Source of the DNA: Solirubrobacterales bacterium
GTDB taxonomy: Bacteria; Actinomycetota; Thermoleophilia; Solirubrobacterales; 70-9
Reading direction: 5' to 3'
Length of the DNA: 64,000 nucleotides
Assembly (NCBI GenBank): GCA_035534175.1
Contig: DATLSM010000073.1
Coordinates: forward strand, 338 to 64,337
Shown: one piece after another, positions 17,301 through 26,607 of the stretch
How positions within the stretch are numbered: the stretch's first letter is position 1
How the letters are laid out: the number at the start of each line of letters is the position of its first letter
The notes under the pieces: model-generated
Told to the model about the DNA's origin: nothing
Seen by the model: the letters and a program-made list of their open reading frames with translations, nothing else
Database searches by the model: none
Program-made: the position numbers and the translations under genes

Positions 17301-18923
17301 GTGGCGCGCAGGGCCGGCGTCGGTGCGGCTGGCCCGATCCTGCTGACCCTGTGCTCGGGCCAGTTCCTGATGATGCTCGACAGCTCGGTGATGAACGTCT
17401 CGATCGCCACCGTCGCCAGGGACATCGGCACGACGGTCACCGGGATTCAAACCGCGATCACTCTCTACACCCTGGTGATGGCTTCGTTCATGATCACCGG
17501 CGGCAAGATCGGCCAGATCATCGGCCGAAAGCGCAGCTTCATGATCGGCTGCGTGATCTACGGCTGCGGTTCGCTGACCACCTCCCTCGCACCGAATCTG
17601 GCCGTGCTGCTGATCGGGTGGTCGGGCCTGGAGGGCCTTGGGGCGGCCTTGATCCTGCCCGCGATCGTGGCCCTCGTCGCCACCAGTTTTGACCGCCAGG
17701 CGCGTCCCCGGGCCTACGGCCTGGTGGCCGCCGCGGCGGCGATCGCGGTGGCCGTCGGCCCGATCGTCGGCGGTCTCTTCACCACCTACCTCTCCTGGCG
17801 CTACGTCTTCGCCGGCGAGGTGCTGATCGTGATCGCGATCCTCGCGCTGGCCCGAGGCATCGAGGTTGGGGCGCCGGAGCGGGGGGTGCGGCTGGATCTC
17901 GCCGGGACCGGACTCTCCGCCCTTGGCCTGGGGCTGATCGTCTTCGGCATCCTTCGCTCCGGCACCTGGGGTCTGGTCAAGGCCAGGCCCGACGCGCCGC
18001 AATGGATCGGGCTCTCGCCGGTGATCTGGCTGATCCTCGGCGGCGCGGCGATGCTCTCCCTCTTCCTGGCCTGGGAGAGCCGCCTGGCGAGCGGCGGCCG
18101 CGAGCCGCTCCTGGACCCGGCGATCATGCGCATCCCGGTTCTTCGCGCCGGCCTCACCTCGTTCTTCTTCCAGTACTTCCTCCAGGGAGGCCTCTTCTTC
18201 GCCCTGCCTCTCTTTCTCTCTCTCGCCCTAGGTCTCTCGGCGATCGAAACCGGCGTGCGCCTCCTGCCGCTCTCCTTCACCCTGATCCTGGCGGCGGCCG
18301 GGATCCCGAAGCTCTTTCCCCACGTCTCGCCCCGGCGGGTGGTGCGCCTCGGCTTCCTCGCGATGTTCGCCGGATTGGTTGTGTTGGTCGCCGCGCTCCA
18401 GGCCGGCGCCGGGGCTGAGATCGTGACCTGGCCGATGCTGCTGGCCGGCCTGGGGATCGGCGCCCTGGCCTCCCAGCTCGGCAGCATCACCGTCTCCTCG
18501 GTCCCCGACGAGCAGAGCGGCGAGGTCGGCGGCCTGCAAAACACGATCACCAACCTCGGCATCTCGCTCGGCACGGCGCTCACCGGCGCGATCGTCATCG
18601 CCACCCTCAGCTCCTCCTTCCTCGCCGGGGTGGAAGGGAATCGGGCGCTACCGGCGTCGATCAAGGCGCGAGCCTCGACTGAGCTCTCCGGCGGGGTCCC
18701 CTTCCTCTCCGACAAGGAACTGGAAGCCGCCCTGGCTCAGGCGCGGGTGGCGCCCCGGGCCAACGAGGAAATTGTCGAAGTGAACGAGACCGCACGGCTC
18801 GACGGTCTGCGCACGGCGCTCTCGCTGCTTGCTGTTCTGGCCCTGGTCGGCCTGATCTTCAGCGGCGGGATTCCGACCCGAGGGCCGGGGGCGGAGATCG
18901 ATGGGCGCCGGGCGGCGGCGTAG
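17301..18923 (+). CDS. MFS transporter, DHA2/EmrB-like (about 14 TM)
   Basis: ORF 17301-18923 with a GTG start. It has LCSGQFLMMLDSSVMNVSIATVARDIG and many hydrophobic helices. Confidence 0.85.
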   Translation: MARRAGVGAAGPILLTLCSGQFLMMLDSSVMNVSIATVARDIGTTVTGIQTAITLYTLVMASFMITGGKIGQIIGRKRSFMIGCVIYGCGSLTTSLAPNLAVLLIGWSGLEGLGAALILPAIVALVATSFDRQARPRAYGLVAAAAAIAVAVGPIVGGLFTTYLSWRYVFAGEVLIVIAILALARGIEVGAPERGVRLDLAGTGLSALGLGLIVFGILRSGTWGLVKARPDAPQWIGLSPVIWLILGGAAMLSLFLAWESRLASGGREPLLDPAIMRIPVLRAGLTSFFFQYFLQGGLFFALPLFLSLALGLSAIETGVRLLPLSFTLILAAAGIPKLFPHVSPRRVVRLGFLAMFAGLVVLVAALQAGAGAEIVTWPMLLAGLGIGALASQLGSITVSSVPDEQSGEVGGLQNTITNLGISLGTALTGAIVIATLSSSFLAGVEGNRALPASIKARASTELSGGVPFLSDKELEAALAQARVAPRANEEIVEVNETARLDGLRTALSLLAVLALVGLIFSGGIPTRGPGAEIDGRRAAA

Positions 18924-18926
18924 GGC

Positions 18927-20771
18927 TCAGCCGGTGGCGGCGCGGGGTCGTGAGGGGTTTTGGCGAGCGGCCTTCTGGCGCGCTGTCCTGTCCAGCAAGA
19001 CCTTGCGCAGGCGGACCGATTGGGGGGTGATTTCCACGCACTCGTCCTCGCGCAGGAACTCAAGCGCCGCTTCCAGCGAGAGCCGGGTTGCGGGCTCGAG
19101 GCGCTCCAGCACATCGGCGCTCGCCGCCCGGATGTTCGTCTGGTGCTTCTCCTTGATCGCGTTGACGTCGAGGTCCTCCGCGCGGGAGTTCTCGCCGACG
19201 ATCATTCCCTCATAGACCTCCTCACCGGGGCCGATGAAGAGCGTGCCTCGCTCCTGCAGGTTGGCCAGTGAGTAGGCGGCGGTCCTGCCCCGGCGGTCGG
19301 CGACGATCGAGCCGCTGGGCCTGGTTCGCAGCTCCCCCGCCCAGGGCTCCCAGCGGTCGAAGACGTGGTGCAGTATGCCGGTGCCGCGAGTCTCGGTGAG
19401 GAACTCGGTGCGGAACCCGATCAGGCCGCGGGCGGGCACCAGGTATTCCATTCGCACCCAGCCGGTCGAGTGGTTGACCATCTGCTCCATTCGGCCCCTG
19501 CGCTGGGCCAGGAGCTGGGTGACGGCTCCGACGTACTCCTCGGGGACGTCGATCGAGAGCCGCTCCACCGGCTCGTGCACCTTGCCCTCGATCTCGCGGG
19601 TCAGCACGTGCGGCTGCCCCGCGGTCAGCTCCAGGCCCTCCCGCCGCATCAACTCCAGCAGGACGACGAGCTGCAGCTCCCCCCGGCCCTGCACCTCCCA
19701 GGCATCGGGGCGGTCGGTGTCGCGGACCCGTATCGAGACGTTGCCGATCAGCTCGGCGCCGAGGCGGTCGCGCACCTGGCGGGCGGTCAGCTTGCTCCCC
19801 TCCTGACCGGCAAGGGGCGAGGTGTTGATCCCGACCACGATCGAGAGCGAGGGCTCATCGACGGTGATCACGGGCAGCGGACGCGGGTCTTGGGGGTCGG
19901 CAAGCGTCTCGCCGATCGTCACCTCGGCGAGCCCGGCGACGGCGATGATTTCGCCCGGACCGGCCTCCTGCGCGGGGACGCGCTCCAGCGCCTCGGTCAC
20001 GTACAGCTCCGAAACGGCCGCCCGCTCGATCGAGCCGTTGGCTCGGCACCAGGCGATCTGCTGACCGGAGCGAATCGTCCCGTTGCGCACCCGGCAGAGG
20101 GCCAGGCGGCCGACGTAGGGGGAGGAGTCGAGGTTGGTGACGTGCGCCTGCAGCGGCGCATCGGGGTCGTGCTCGGGCGCCGGGATTTTCTCCAGCATCA
20201 GGTCCAGCAGGGGGGAGAGGTCGGTCCCCTCGACCCCCTCCTCGAGCGAGGCCCAACCCGCTTTGGCGTTGGTGTAGACGATCGGGAAGTCGATCTGTTC
20301 GGAGTCCGCGTCGAGGTCGATGAATAGCTCATAGATCTCCTCCACGACCTCGGCGATGCGGGCGTCGGGCCGGTCGACCTTGTTGACGACGAGGACCACG
20401 GGCAGCTTCGCCTCCAGTGCCTTGCGCAGCACGAAGCGGGTCTGCGGCAGGGGCCCCTCCGAGGCGTCGACCAGCAACAGAACCCCGTCGACCATGGTCA
20501 GGCCGCGCTCCACCTCGCCACCGAAGTCGGCGTGGCCGGGGGTATCGACGATGTTGAACTTGACGTCCCGGTAGTGGACCGCGGTGTTCTTGGCGAGGAT
20601 CGTTATCCCCTTCTCCCGCTCCAGGTCCATCGAGTCCATCACCCGCTCGGCCACGTCCTGGCCCTGGCGGAAGGCGCCGGACTGCCAGAGCATCGCGTCG
20701 ACCAGGGTCGTCTTGCCGTGGTCGACGTGGGCGATGATCGCGACGTTTCTGAGGTCGGTTCGGAGGCTCAT
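18927..20771 (-). CDS. typA: translational GTPase TypA/BipA
   Basis: ORF 18927-20816 trimmed to ATG 20771. It has [15 protein letters not shown] and [14 protein letters not shown]. Confidence 0.9.
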   Translation of the reverse strand: MSLRTDLRNVAIIAHVDHGKTTLVDAMLWQSGAFRQGQDVAERVMDSMDLEREKGITILAKNTAVHYRDVKFNIVDTPGHADFGGEVERGLTMVDGVLLLVDASEGPLPQTRFVLRKALEAKLPVVLVVNKVDRPDARIAEVVEEIYELFIDLDADSEQIDFPIVYTNAKAGWASLEEGVEGTDLSPLLDLMLEKIPAPEHDPDAPLQAHVTNLDSSPYVGRLALCRVRNGTIRSGQQIAWCRANGSIERAAVSELYVTEALERVPAQEAGPGEIIAVAGLAEVTIGETLADPQDPRPLPVITVDEPSLSIVVGINTSPLAGQEGSKLTARQVRDRLGAELIGNVSIRVRDTDRPDAWEVQGRGELQLVVLLELMRREGLELTAGQPHVLTREIEGKVHEPVERLSIDVPEEYVGAVTQLLAQRRGRMEQMVNHSTGWVRMEYLVPARGLIGFRTEFLTETRGTGILHHVFDRWEPWAGELRTRPSGSIVADRRGRTAAYSLANLQERGTLFIGPGEEVYEGMIVGENSRAEDLDVNAIKEKHQTNIRAASADVLERLEPATRLSLEAALEFLREDECVEITPQSVRLRKVLLDRTARQKAARQNPSRPRAATG

Positions 20772-20873
20772 GGCACTTCGCATTCCTGCGTCCTCGGTCG
20801 CTTGCCTGCAGAGCACACGGCGCGCCCTGCGCCCTGGATCCGCCCGACTTTGAGCGTCTGAACGGCCAGGGAC

Positions 20874-20903
20874 ATAAAAACGGGACCCACCGAAGTGGGT
20901 CCC
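20874..20903 (-). terminator. rho-independent terminator of the cold-shock gene
   Basis: The minus strand reads GGGACCCAC-ttcg-GTGGGTCCC followed by GTTTTTAT. It lies about 18 nt after the csp stop. Confidence 0.8.
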
Positions 20904-20921
20904 GTCATTTAAGCGGAGCGG

Positions 20922-21128
20922 CTACGAAGTCTGCTGGACGCTAGCCGCGGCAGGGCCCTTTGGCCCTTCCTCGGACTCGTAGGTCACCTTGGCGCCCTCG
21001 GCCAGGGACTTGAAGCCCTCACCGATGATCGCGCTGTGGTGGACGAAGACGTCCTTAGAGCCGTCGTCGGGTGTGATGAACCCGTAGCCCTTGTCGTCGC
21101 TGAACCACTTGACAGTTCCAGTGGGCAT
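20922..21128 (-). CDS. cold-shock protein (CspA family)
   Basis: ORF 20922-21254 trimmed to ATG 21128. It reads [34 protein letters not shown]. Confidence 0.95.
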   Translation of the reverse strand: MPTGTVKWFSDDKGYGFITPDDGSKDVFVHHSAIIGEGFKSLAEGAKVTYESEEGPKGPAAASVQQTS

Positions 21129-21279
21129 GCATTGCCTCCACTTGATGTGCTGCGAACGCGGAGGATGCGGTGAAGCAACGACGCGAGCGCTAGACACGAC
21201 TTTGCCGGACTTGAGGTCCGACCGAACGCGGGGACCGTAGCAGGCCGGGGGCATCCGGGGGGGTATCTAGCGTTGCCGC

Positions 21280-21604
21280 GTGCGCTTCTTCGACCACCTG
21301 GACCGAGATGGAATCGCCGAGCTGTTGAAGCGCGACGAGTACTTTTGGCTCGATCTCAGCGACCCGGGCGGGGAGGAGATCGAGGAGCTGGGGGACGTCT
21401 TCGGCCTCCATCCCCTGGCCCTCGAGGACACCCTGAAAGGCGGCCAGCGGCCTCGCCTTCCTCGTCGGCTTCTTCGGCCAGAAGTTCAAATGGCTGGTGA
21501 CGAACATCAAATCAACCGGGGACTTCTTCCTCATCGGCCTCGGCAGTCTCCTACTCTCCTTCGTGGCTCTGGTTGCCTGGTTCTGGCGCGCCGATTACAT
21601 CTGA
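21280..21604 (+). pseudogene. CorA-family divalent cation transporter remnant (internal deletion plus frameshift)
   Basis: Frame 1 gives the CorA N-terminus EYFWLDLSDPGGEEIEELGDVFGLHPLALEDTL. The +1 frame gives the CorA C-terminus AASGLAFLVGFFGQKFKWLV...FWRADYI, with stop at 21602-21604. About 250 codons between the two parts are missing. Confidence 0.6.
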
Positions 21605-21679
21605 GCCGCCGTGAGCCGCTCGTAACCGCGTCCAACGGTGTTCTTGTGATTTAAGCAAGGGCCGATAGCTTGGACTGAG

Positions 21680-24187
21680 ATGACTTCGAGGGTGGGACGA
21701 GGCCAACTGGTGGCGTGGGCGACGCTCGGCGCCGCGGCAGCGATCGCGGCTCCGGCCGCGGCCACATCGACCGGCGGAGCGCTCTCAGCGAGACTGGCCG
21801 AGTTGGCGAGGCCGGCGGTGCGCTCGGAGCCACCGGCCCGGCAGGCGGCGATGCTCGGCCTCGCTGCGGCCGGGCCGGGCAGCTTGCAGCGGGAGGGAGG
21901 TCGGGTTCTCGTCGATGTCCGCTACGACCATGGCGCCACGGCCGGGATCGAAGCGCTGCGCGCGGCGGGGGCCCGGATTCTCAGCCTCAGCCGACCCCTG
22001 CAGACGGTGACCGTCGCCGCCGCGCCGGCATCGCTGCGCGCCCTCGCCGCGGCGCCCGGGGTGCGGGCGGTGACCGAGATCCTGGCCCCGATCATCTACG
22101 GAGCCGGCGGTTCTGCCGTCGACTCGTCTTCCTCCACCAACTGCGAAGGCGGGTCGGTCATCTCCGAAGGGGTCGGCCAGCTGCACGTCGGTGAAGCTCG
22201 CCAGGAGTTCGCCCTGAATGGGAGCGGGGTGACGGTGGGGGCGCTCTCGGATTCCTTCAACACGGCCACTAAGGAAGTTGAAGGAAAACATCTTTCGATC
22301 GCCACCCACGCCGCCGAAGACGAAGCAAGCGGCGACCTGCCCGGCCCTGCAAATCCCTGCAGCGGCCAGCAAACGCCTGTCCGGGTGCTCGAAGACCACG
22401 CCTCCAGCGCCCTGGAAGGGGAATCGACCGACGAGGGAAGGGCGATGCTGCAGACCGTGCACGACGTCGCGCCGGACGCCTCGCTCGCCTTCATGACGGC
22501 ATATCCCAGCGAAGAAGCCTTCGCTCAGAACATCGAACGGCTGGCGAAGCCGGTCGCCGCAGGCGGCGCCGGCGCCCAGGTGATCGCCGACGACGTCGCC
22601 TATTTCGAAGAACCGTTCTTCCAGGACGGGCCGGTCGCCGGAGCGATCAACCGGGTTACGGCGGCCGGGGTCGAGTACTTCACCGCGGCGGGCAACGACA
22701 ACATCTTCGACGCGATGGGCCGGGAAATCGCCTCCTGGGAAGCACCTCGGTTCCGCGACTCGGGAAGCTGCCCGAAAGCGCTGGAGGGGATCAAAGAAGC
22801 GGGGGAACCGGCGCACTGCATGCAGTTCGGGTCCAGCGCGGAAAAAAATACCTTCGGCATCGCGGTCGAGGCAGGCGCCACCCTGACCGTCGACCTGCAG
22901 TGGGCCGAACCCTGGAACGGGGTTCACACCGACCTCGATGCGTTCCTGCTCAACTCCGCCGGCGAACCGATCAAGGAAGGCGGAGAAGTGGTCGGCAGCT
23001 ACAACGACAACATCAAATCGCAAAAACCGGTTGAGGTATTCCAGTGGGAAAACAAGAACACGAAAGAAGCCCAGGTCGAGTTGGCGATCAACCACTGCTT
23101 CGGGAAACCGTGCAACGAAGAAGCCAGCGAAACCTTGATGCCGCGACTCAAAGTCGCCCTGCTGGAGAACGGCGGCGGGGTCTCAGAGACCCAGTACCCG
23201 ATCTCCTCCGAAGGCGACACAGTAGGACCTACGATTCTCGGCCACAGCGGCGCCGCCAGCGCGATCACCGTCGGAGCCGAGCGCTATGACACCAACTCTG
23301 CGCCGGAGCCCTACTCCTCGCGGGGCCCGATCACCCACTACTTCGGCCCGGTCTCGGGCACGACCCCGGCCCCCGCCCTTCCGACCCCCGAAACGATCTC
23401 CAAGCCCGACCTCGTGGCCACAGACTGCGCCACCACCACCTTCTTCGCCTCATTCGAAGAAGGCGTTTGGCGCTACTGCGGGACCTCGGCCGCCGCTCCC
23501 CACGCCGTCGGCGTCGCGGCCCTGATGTTGCAATCGAACCCCTCGCTCACGCCTGCCCAAGCACACGCGGCGCTGGCCGCCTCGGCGCGGGCGGTGGGGA
23601 GTTTCGGACCCAACGCGGTGGGCGCCGGACTCCTCGACGCTTTCGGTGCCGTGGCGCGGGTCGCGCTGCCGCCGACGGTCACGATCACCAAGCAGCCGAA
23701 GAAGATCGGCCGAAACCGCAGCCCGGCGGTGGAATTCAGCGCGAACAGGCCGGTGGACTTCTCCTGCTCGCTCGATGGCAGCGCTCCCCAGGCCTGCTCC
23801 TCGCCCTTCGTCCCCGCCAAGCCGCTGGCCGACGGACAACACAGATTCGAGGTCACCGGGGTCGATATCGCGGGACACCTCGGCAGCGGCTCGGTGTCGT
23901 TCACGGTCGAGACCAGACCGCCCAACACTTTCTTTCGCCAACATCCCCGCAGGCTGATCCGCACTCACCGGCCGAGGGCGCGGGCCGGTTTCCGCTTCGG
24001 CTCGAATCAGTCCCCCGTCACCTTCCTCTGCAGAGTTGATGGCGGTCGTTTCCGCCGCTGTGGCTCACGCCTATCTCGCAGGTTTGCGCTCGGCGTGCAC
24101 ACCGTGCGGGTCAAGGCTCGCGACGCGGCCGGCAACGTCGACCCGACACCGGCGGTCTTCCGCTTTCGCGTCATGCGGGTCAGCTGA
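21680..24187 (+). CDS. secreted S8 (subtilisin-like) serine peptidase with two C-terminal Ig-like repeats
   Basis: ORF 21680-24187. It has a signal-like N-terminus, GTSAAAPHAVGVAALM, QTVHDVAP and AAGNDN. The C-terminus carries two repeats of about 85 aa, each with a Cys pair (FSCSLDGS...ACSS and FLCRVDGG...RCGS). Confidence 0.85.
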   Translation: MTSRVGRGQLVAWATLGAAAAIAAPAAATSTGGALSARLAELARPAVRSEPPARQAAMLGLAAAGPGSLQREGGRVLVDVRYDHGATAGIEALRAAGARILSLSRPLQTVTVAAAPASLRALAAAPGVRAVTEILAPIIYGAGGSAVDSSSSTNCEGGSVISEGVGQLHVGEARQEFALNGSGVTVGALSDSFNTATKEVEGKHLSIATHAAEDEASGDLPGPANPCSGQQTPVRVLEDHASSALEGESTDEGRAMLQTVHDVAPDASLAFMTAYPSEEAFAQNIERLAKPVAAGGAGAQVIADDVAYFEEPFFQDGPVAGAINRVTAAGVEYFTAAGNDNIFDAMGREIASWEAPRFRDSGSCPKALEGIKEAGEPAHCMQFGSSAEKNTFGIAVEAGATLTVDLQWAEPWNGVHTDLDAFLLNSAGEPIKEGGEVVGSYNDNIKSQKPVEVFQWENKNTKEAQVELAINHCFGKPCNEEASETLMPRLKVALLENGGGVSETQYPISSEGDTVGPTILGHSGAASAITVGAERYDTNSAPEPYSSRGPITHYFGPVSGTTPAPALPTPETISKPDLVATDCATTTFFASFEEGVWRYCGTSAAAPHAVGVAALMLQSNPSLTPAQAHAALAASARAVGSFGPNAVGAGLLDAFGAVARVALPPTVTITKQPKKIGRNRSPAVEFSANRPVDFSCSLDGSAPQACSSPFVPAKPLADGQHRFEVTGVDIAGHLGSGSVSFTVETRPPNTFFRQHPRRLIRTHRPRARAGFRFGSNQSPVTFLCRVDGGRFRRCGSRLSRRFALGVHTVRVKARDAAGNVDPTPAVFRFRVMRVS

Positions 24188-24271
24188 TCCGGCGCTGCGG
24201 CGCCGCCTGTGCGCCGGCAAAGCCATTGGGCGCGCGGGAGCCCCGGCCGGTGGCCGGGTGCCCGCCGCCGG

Positions 24272-26398
24272 CTATCCGAGCAGCCGCTCCGCCAGACCCG
24301 AGTGCCGCTCGCCGCTGTCGTCGCGGCGCACCGCCATCGCCAGCGCCACCGGGTCTCCGACCAGCACGCAGCCCCTGGTGGCGCGCGTGATCGCCGTGTA
24401 GACGAGGGGGCGGGTGAGCATCCGTGCGTGGGAGCGATGGCAGACGCCGACCACGACCGGCACCTCGGAGCCCTGGGACTTGTGGACCGAGATCGCGTAG
24501 GCCAGACGCAGGGTCGCCGTCTCCCCGTAGGGGATGACCATCGAGCCACCGTCGTCGGTGTCGACGAAGATCGCCTCCTCCTCGGGGTCATCGGCGCGGA
24601 GGAAGATGATCGAGCCGTTCATCAGGCCCAGCTCGTGCGAGTTGCGGGTCTGGATCAGGCGGTCGCCGAGGCGGAAGCGCTCGCCCAACGCCCGCCTGCC
24701 GCTCGGGTTGAGCCGCGCCTGCAGGCGCTTGTTCAGCGCGTCGATCCCGACCGCCCCCCGATACATCGGCGAGAGCACCTGCACCTCGCGGATCGGGTCG
24801 ACGCCGAAGCGCTTCGGCGCCCGCTCGGCGACAACCTCCACCACGGTCTCCAGCGCTCGCTCCGGGCTCGGCCGGTCGATGAAGAAGAAGTCGTGTTCCT
24901 GGCCGGTCTCGGGCTGCAGACGCGGCGCTCGTCCCCGGTTGATCTCATGCGCGGCGGTGGTGATCATCGACCGCGCCGCTTGGCGAAAGATCTGGTTGAG
25001 TCGCACCACGGGCGCGATCCCCGCGGCGATCAGGTCCTCGAACGGCTTGCCGGCGCCGATCGGCGGCAGCTGCTCGGCGTCGCCGACGAAGACCAGGTGG
25101 GTCGACTCCGCCAGTCCGTCGAGCAGCACCTCGATCAGCCGCAGATTGAGCATCGAGGCCTCGTCCACGACGACCAGATCGACGGGGAAGGGGTGGCTGC
25201 GCCGGTAGGCGGGCTGGCGGCCGGGCATCCACTCGATCATCCGGTGGATCGTCTGCGCATCGTGCCCGGTTGCCTCCTCCAGCCGCCGCGCCGCGCGCCC
25301 GGTCGGCGCGCAGAGGGCGACGGTGGCATCGGCGGCTTCGGCCTCGGCGACGATCGCCTGGGTGCAGACGGTCTTGCCGACGCCGGGCCCTCCGGTGAGG
25401 ATCGAGATGCGCGAGGCGAAGGCACCGCGCACCGCCGCCCATTGCTCCTCGGTCAGCCCGCCGCCCGGATTCTCCAGCGGCGGCTCGTGGCCCAGGTGCG
25501 GCTCGGCCTCGGCGCGGGCGCGCAGCGTCTGGGCGACGGCGATCTCGCGGGCGTGGGTCGGCTGGCGATACACCCGGCTCCCCTCGAGCAGAAGGCCGCG
25601 GGCGGAGGCGAGCACGTCGGGGTCGGGATCGAGCTCGAGCAGCCTCGCCGCCCGCTGGGTCAACGTGCCTACCGGGAGGAAGGTGTGACCCTGCTGCTCG
25701 GCCTCGGCCAGGACGAAGGACGCCGCCGCTTCGGCCCGGCGGTCGGACTCCGGGGGCACGTCGGCCCCCAGCGCGATCCTGTCGGCCCGGGCAAATCCGA
25801 CCCCCTCGACCTCCGTCAGCCGGTAGGGGTCCTCGCGCAGGATCGCCATCGCGCCCTCGCCGTAGAGGGCGTGGATCGGGGCGGCGAGGTGTGCCAGCTC
25901 GTGCGGCGCCAGCTGGACGTGCAGGTCGCGAACCGAGCGGCTCGCCTGCCAGGATTCGGCCGCGGCCACCGCCTGTTTGGCGCTCACGCCTTGGAGTGAG
26001 CCGAAGACAGCCTCGGGGTTGGCGGCGATCGCCCCCATCACTCCCTCGCCGTGCTCATCGACCAGCCGCTCGGCGCGGGCCGGGCCGATGTGGCGCAGGG
26101 AGGTCAGGTAGGCGATCTGCCCGGGGCGGTCGGCGGGGTCCAGCGGCAGCGCGCCCCGCGCCCGCAGCTGGCGTCCGTAGCGAGAATGGGTCTGCCAATC
26201 ACCGCTCACCTCGGCCCGGGCGCCGGTGGCCAGATGGGCCACCGGGCCAACCAGGGCGAAGCCCTCGCCCGACTCGGGATCCTGTACCTCCAGCACCGCG
26301 TAGCCGTCGTCGTCGGCCTTGAAGATGACGCCGAGCACCTCGACCGTGCCGGAGTAGTTTGCCTCCTCGGCGTCGAACAAAGTCGTTGCCTCGCTCAC
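24272..26398 (-). CDS. recD2: RecD2-type SF1B DNA helicase
   Basis: ORF 24272-26398 with a GTG start. It has LTGGPGVGKTV, VVVDEASML and AISVHKSQGSE. Confidence 0.85.
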   Translation of the reverse strand: MSEATTLFDAEEANYSGTVEVLGVIFKADDDGYAVLEVQDPESGEGFALVGPVAHLATGARAEVSGDWQTHSRYGRQLRARGALPLDPADRPGQIAYLTSLRHIGPARAERLVDEHGEGVMGAIAANPEAVFGSLQGVSAKQAVAAAESWQASRSVRDLHVQLAPHELAHLAAPIHALYGEGAMAILREDPYRLTEVEGVGFARADRIALGADVPPESDRRAEAAASFVLAEAEQQGHTFLPVGTLTQRAARLLELDPDPDVLASARGLLLEGSRVYRQPTHAREIAVAQTLRARAEAEPHLGHEPPLENPGGGLTEEQWAAVRGAFASRISILTGGPGVGKTVCTQAIVAEAEAADATVALCAPTGRAARRLEEATGHDAQTIHRMIEWMPGRQPAYRRSHPFPVDLVVVDEASMLNLRLIEVLLDGLAESTHLVFVGDAEQLPPIGAGKPFEDLIAAGIAPVVRLNQIFRQAARSMITTAAHEINRGRAPRLQPETGQEHDFFFIDRPSPERALETVVEVVAERAPKRFGVDPIREVQVLSPMYRGAVGIDALNKRLQARLNPSGRRALGERFRLGDRLIQTRNSHELGLMNGSIIFLRADDPEEEAIFVDTDDGGSMVIPYGETATLRLAYAISVHKSQGSEVPVVVGVCHRSHARMLTRPLVYTAITRATRGCVLVGDPVALAMAVRRDDSGERHSGLAERLLG

Positions 26399-26426
26399 CC
26401 TTCAAAGCTACTCGGAGCAGGCGGAT

Positions 26427-26470
26427 GTAAAGCACCGGCGACGTCGCCATCCGCGTCGCGACGCCTTTAC
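26427..26470. promoter_or_regulatory. nested palindromes GTAAAG-cacc-GGCGACGTCGCC-atcc-GCGTCGCGACGC-CTTTAC upstream of recD2
   Basis: Read directly. Two perfect 12-bp palindromes with centres 16 bp apart are bracketed by a 6-bp inverted repeat. The element lies 29-72 nt upstream of the recD2 GTG. Confidence 0.3.
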
Positions 26471-26540
26471 TTGACCGGGTCGGCGCTGGCCTTCGAGCGT
26501 GGCGACATCTCCGTCCAGCAGCTTCTGGCCGCGGCGCCCC

Positions 26541-26601
26541 TTGACCGCCGACGGACCCAGAGCGCGCCGGATGGAAACGCTCGCGGTCTGTCGGCGGTCA
26601 A
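26541..26601 (-). terminator. long hairpin immediately downstream of the cupin gene (T-tract-less terminator or structured element)
   Basis: TTGACCGCCGAC (26541-26552) pairs perfectly with GTCGGCGGTCAA (26590-26601). The stem extends about 5 more bp with one G-U pair. The loop is about 25 nt. The hairpin starts 7 nt from the cupin stop. Confidence 0.4.
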
Positions 26602-26607
26602 ATCGGT

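Noticed and set aside
21190-21534. A 114-aa minus-strand ORF across the CorA remnant.
   Set aside because: It has no motif. It is antisense to sequence that clearly derives from a CorA gene, and it overlaps the csp promoter region.
24272-26398. The RecD2-type helicase as the core of a defence system.
   Set aside because: It is a standalone full-length RecD2 of the housekeeping type found in Actinomycetota and Deinococcus. No nuclease, methylase or other partner is adjacent. The neighbours are a secreted protease and small cupin and PPOX enzymes.
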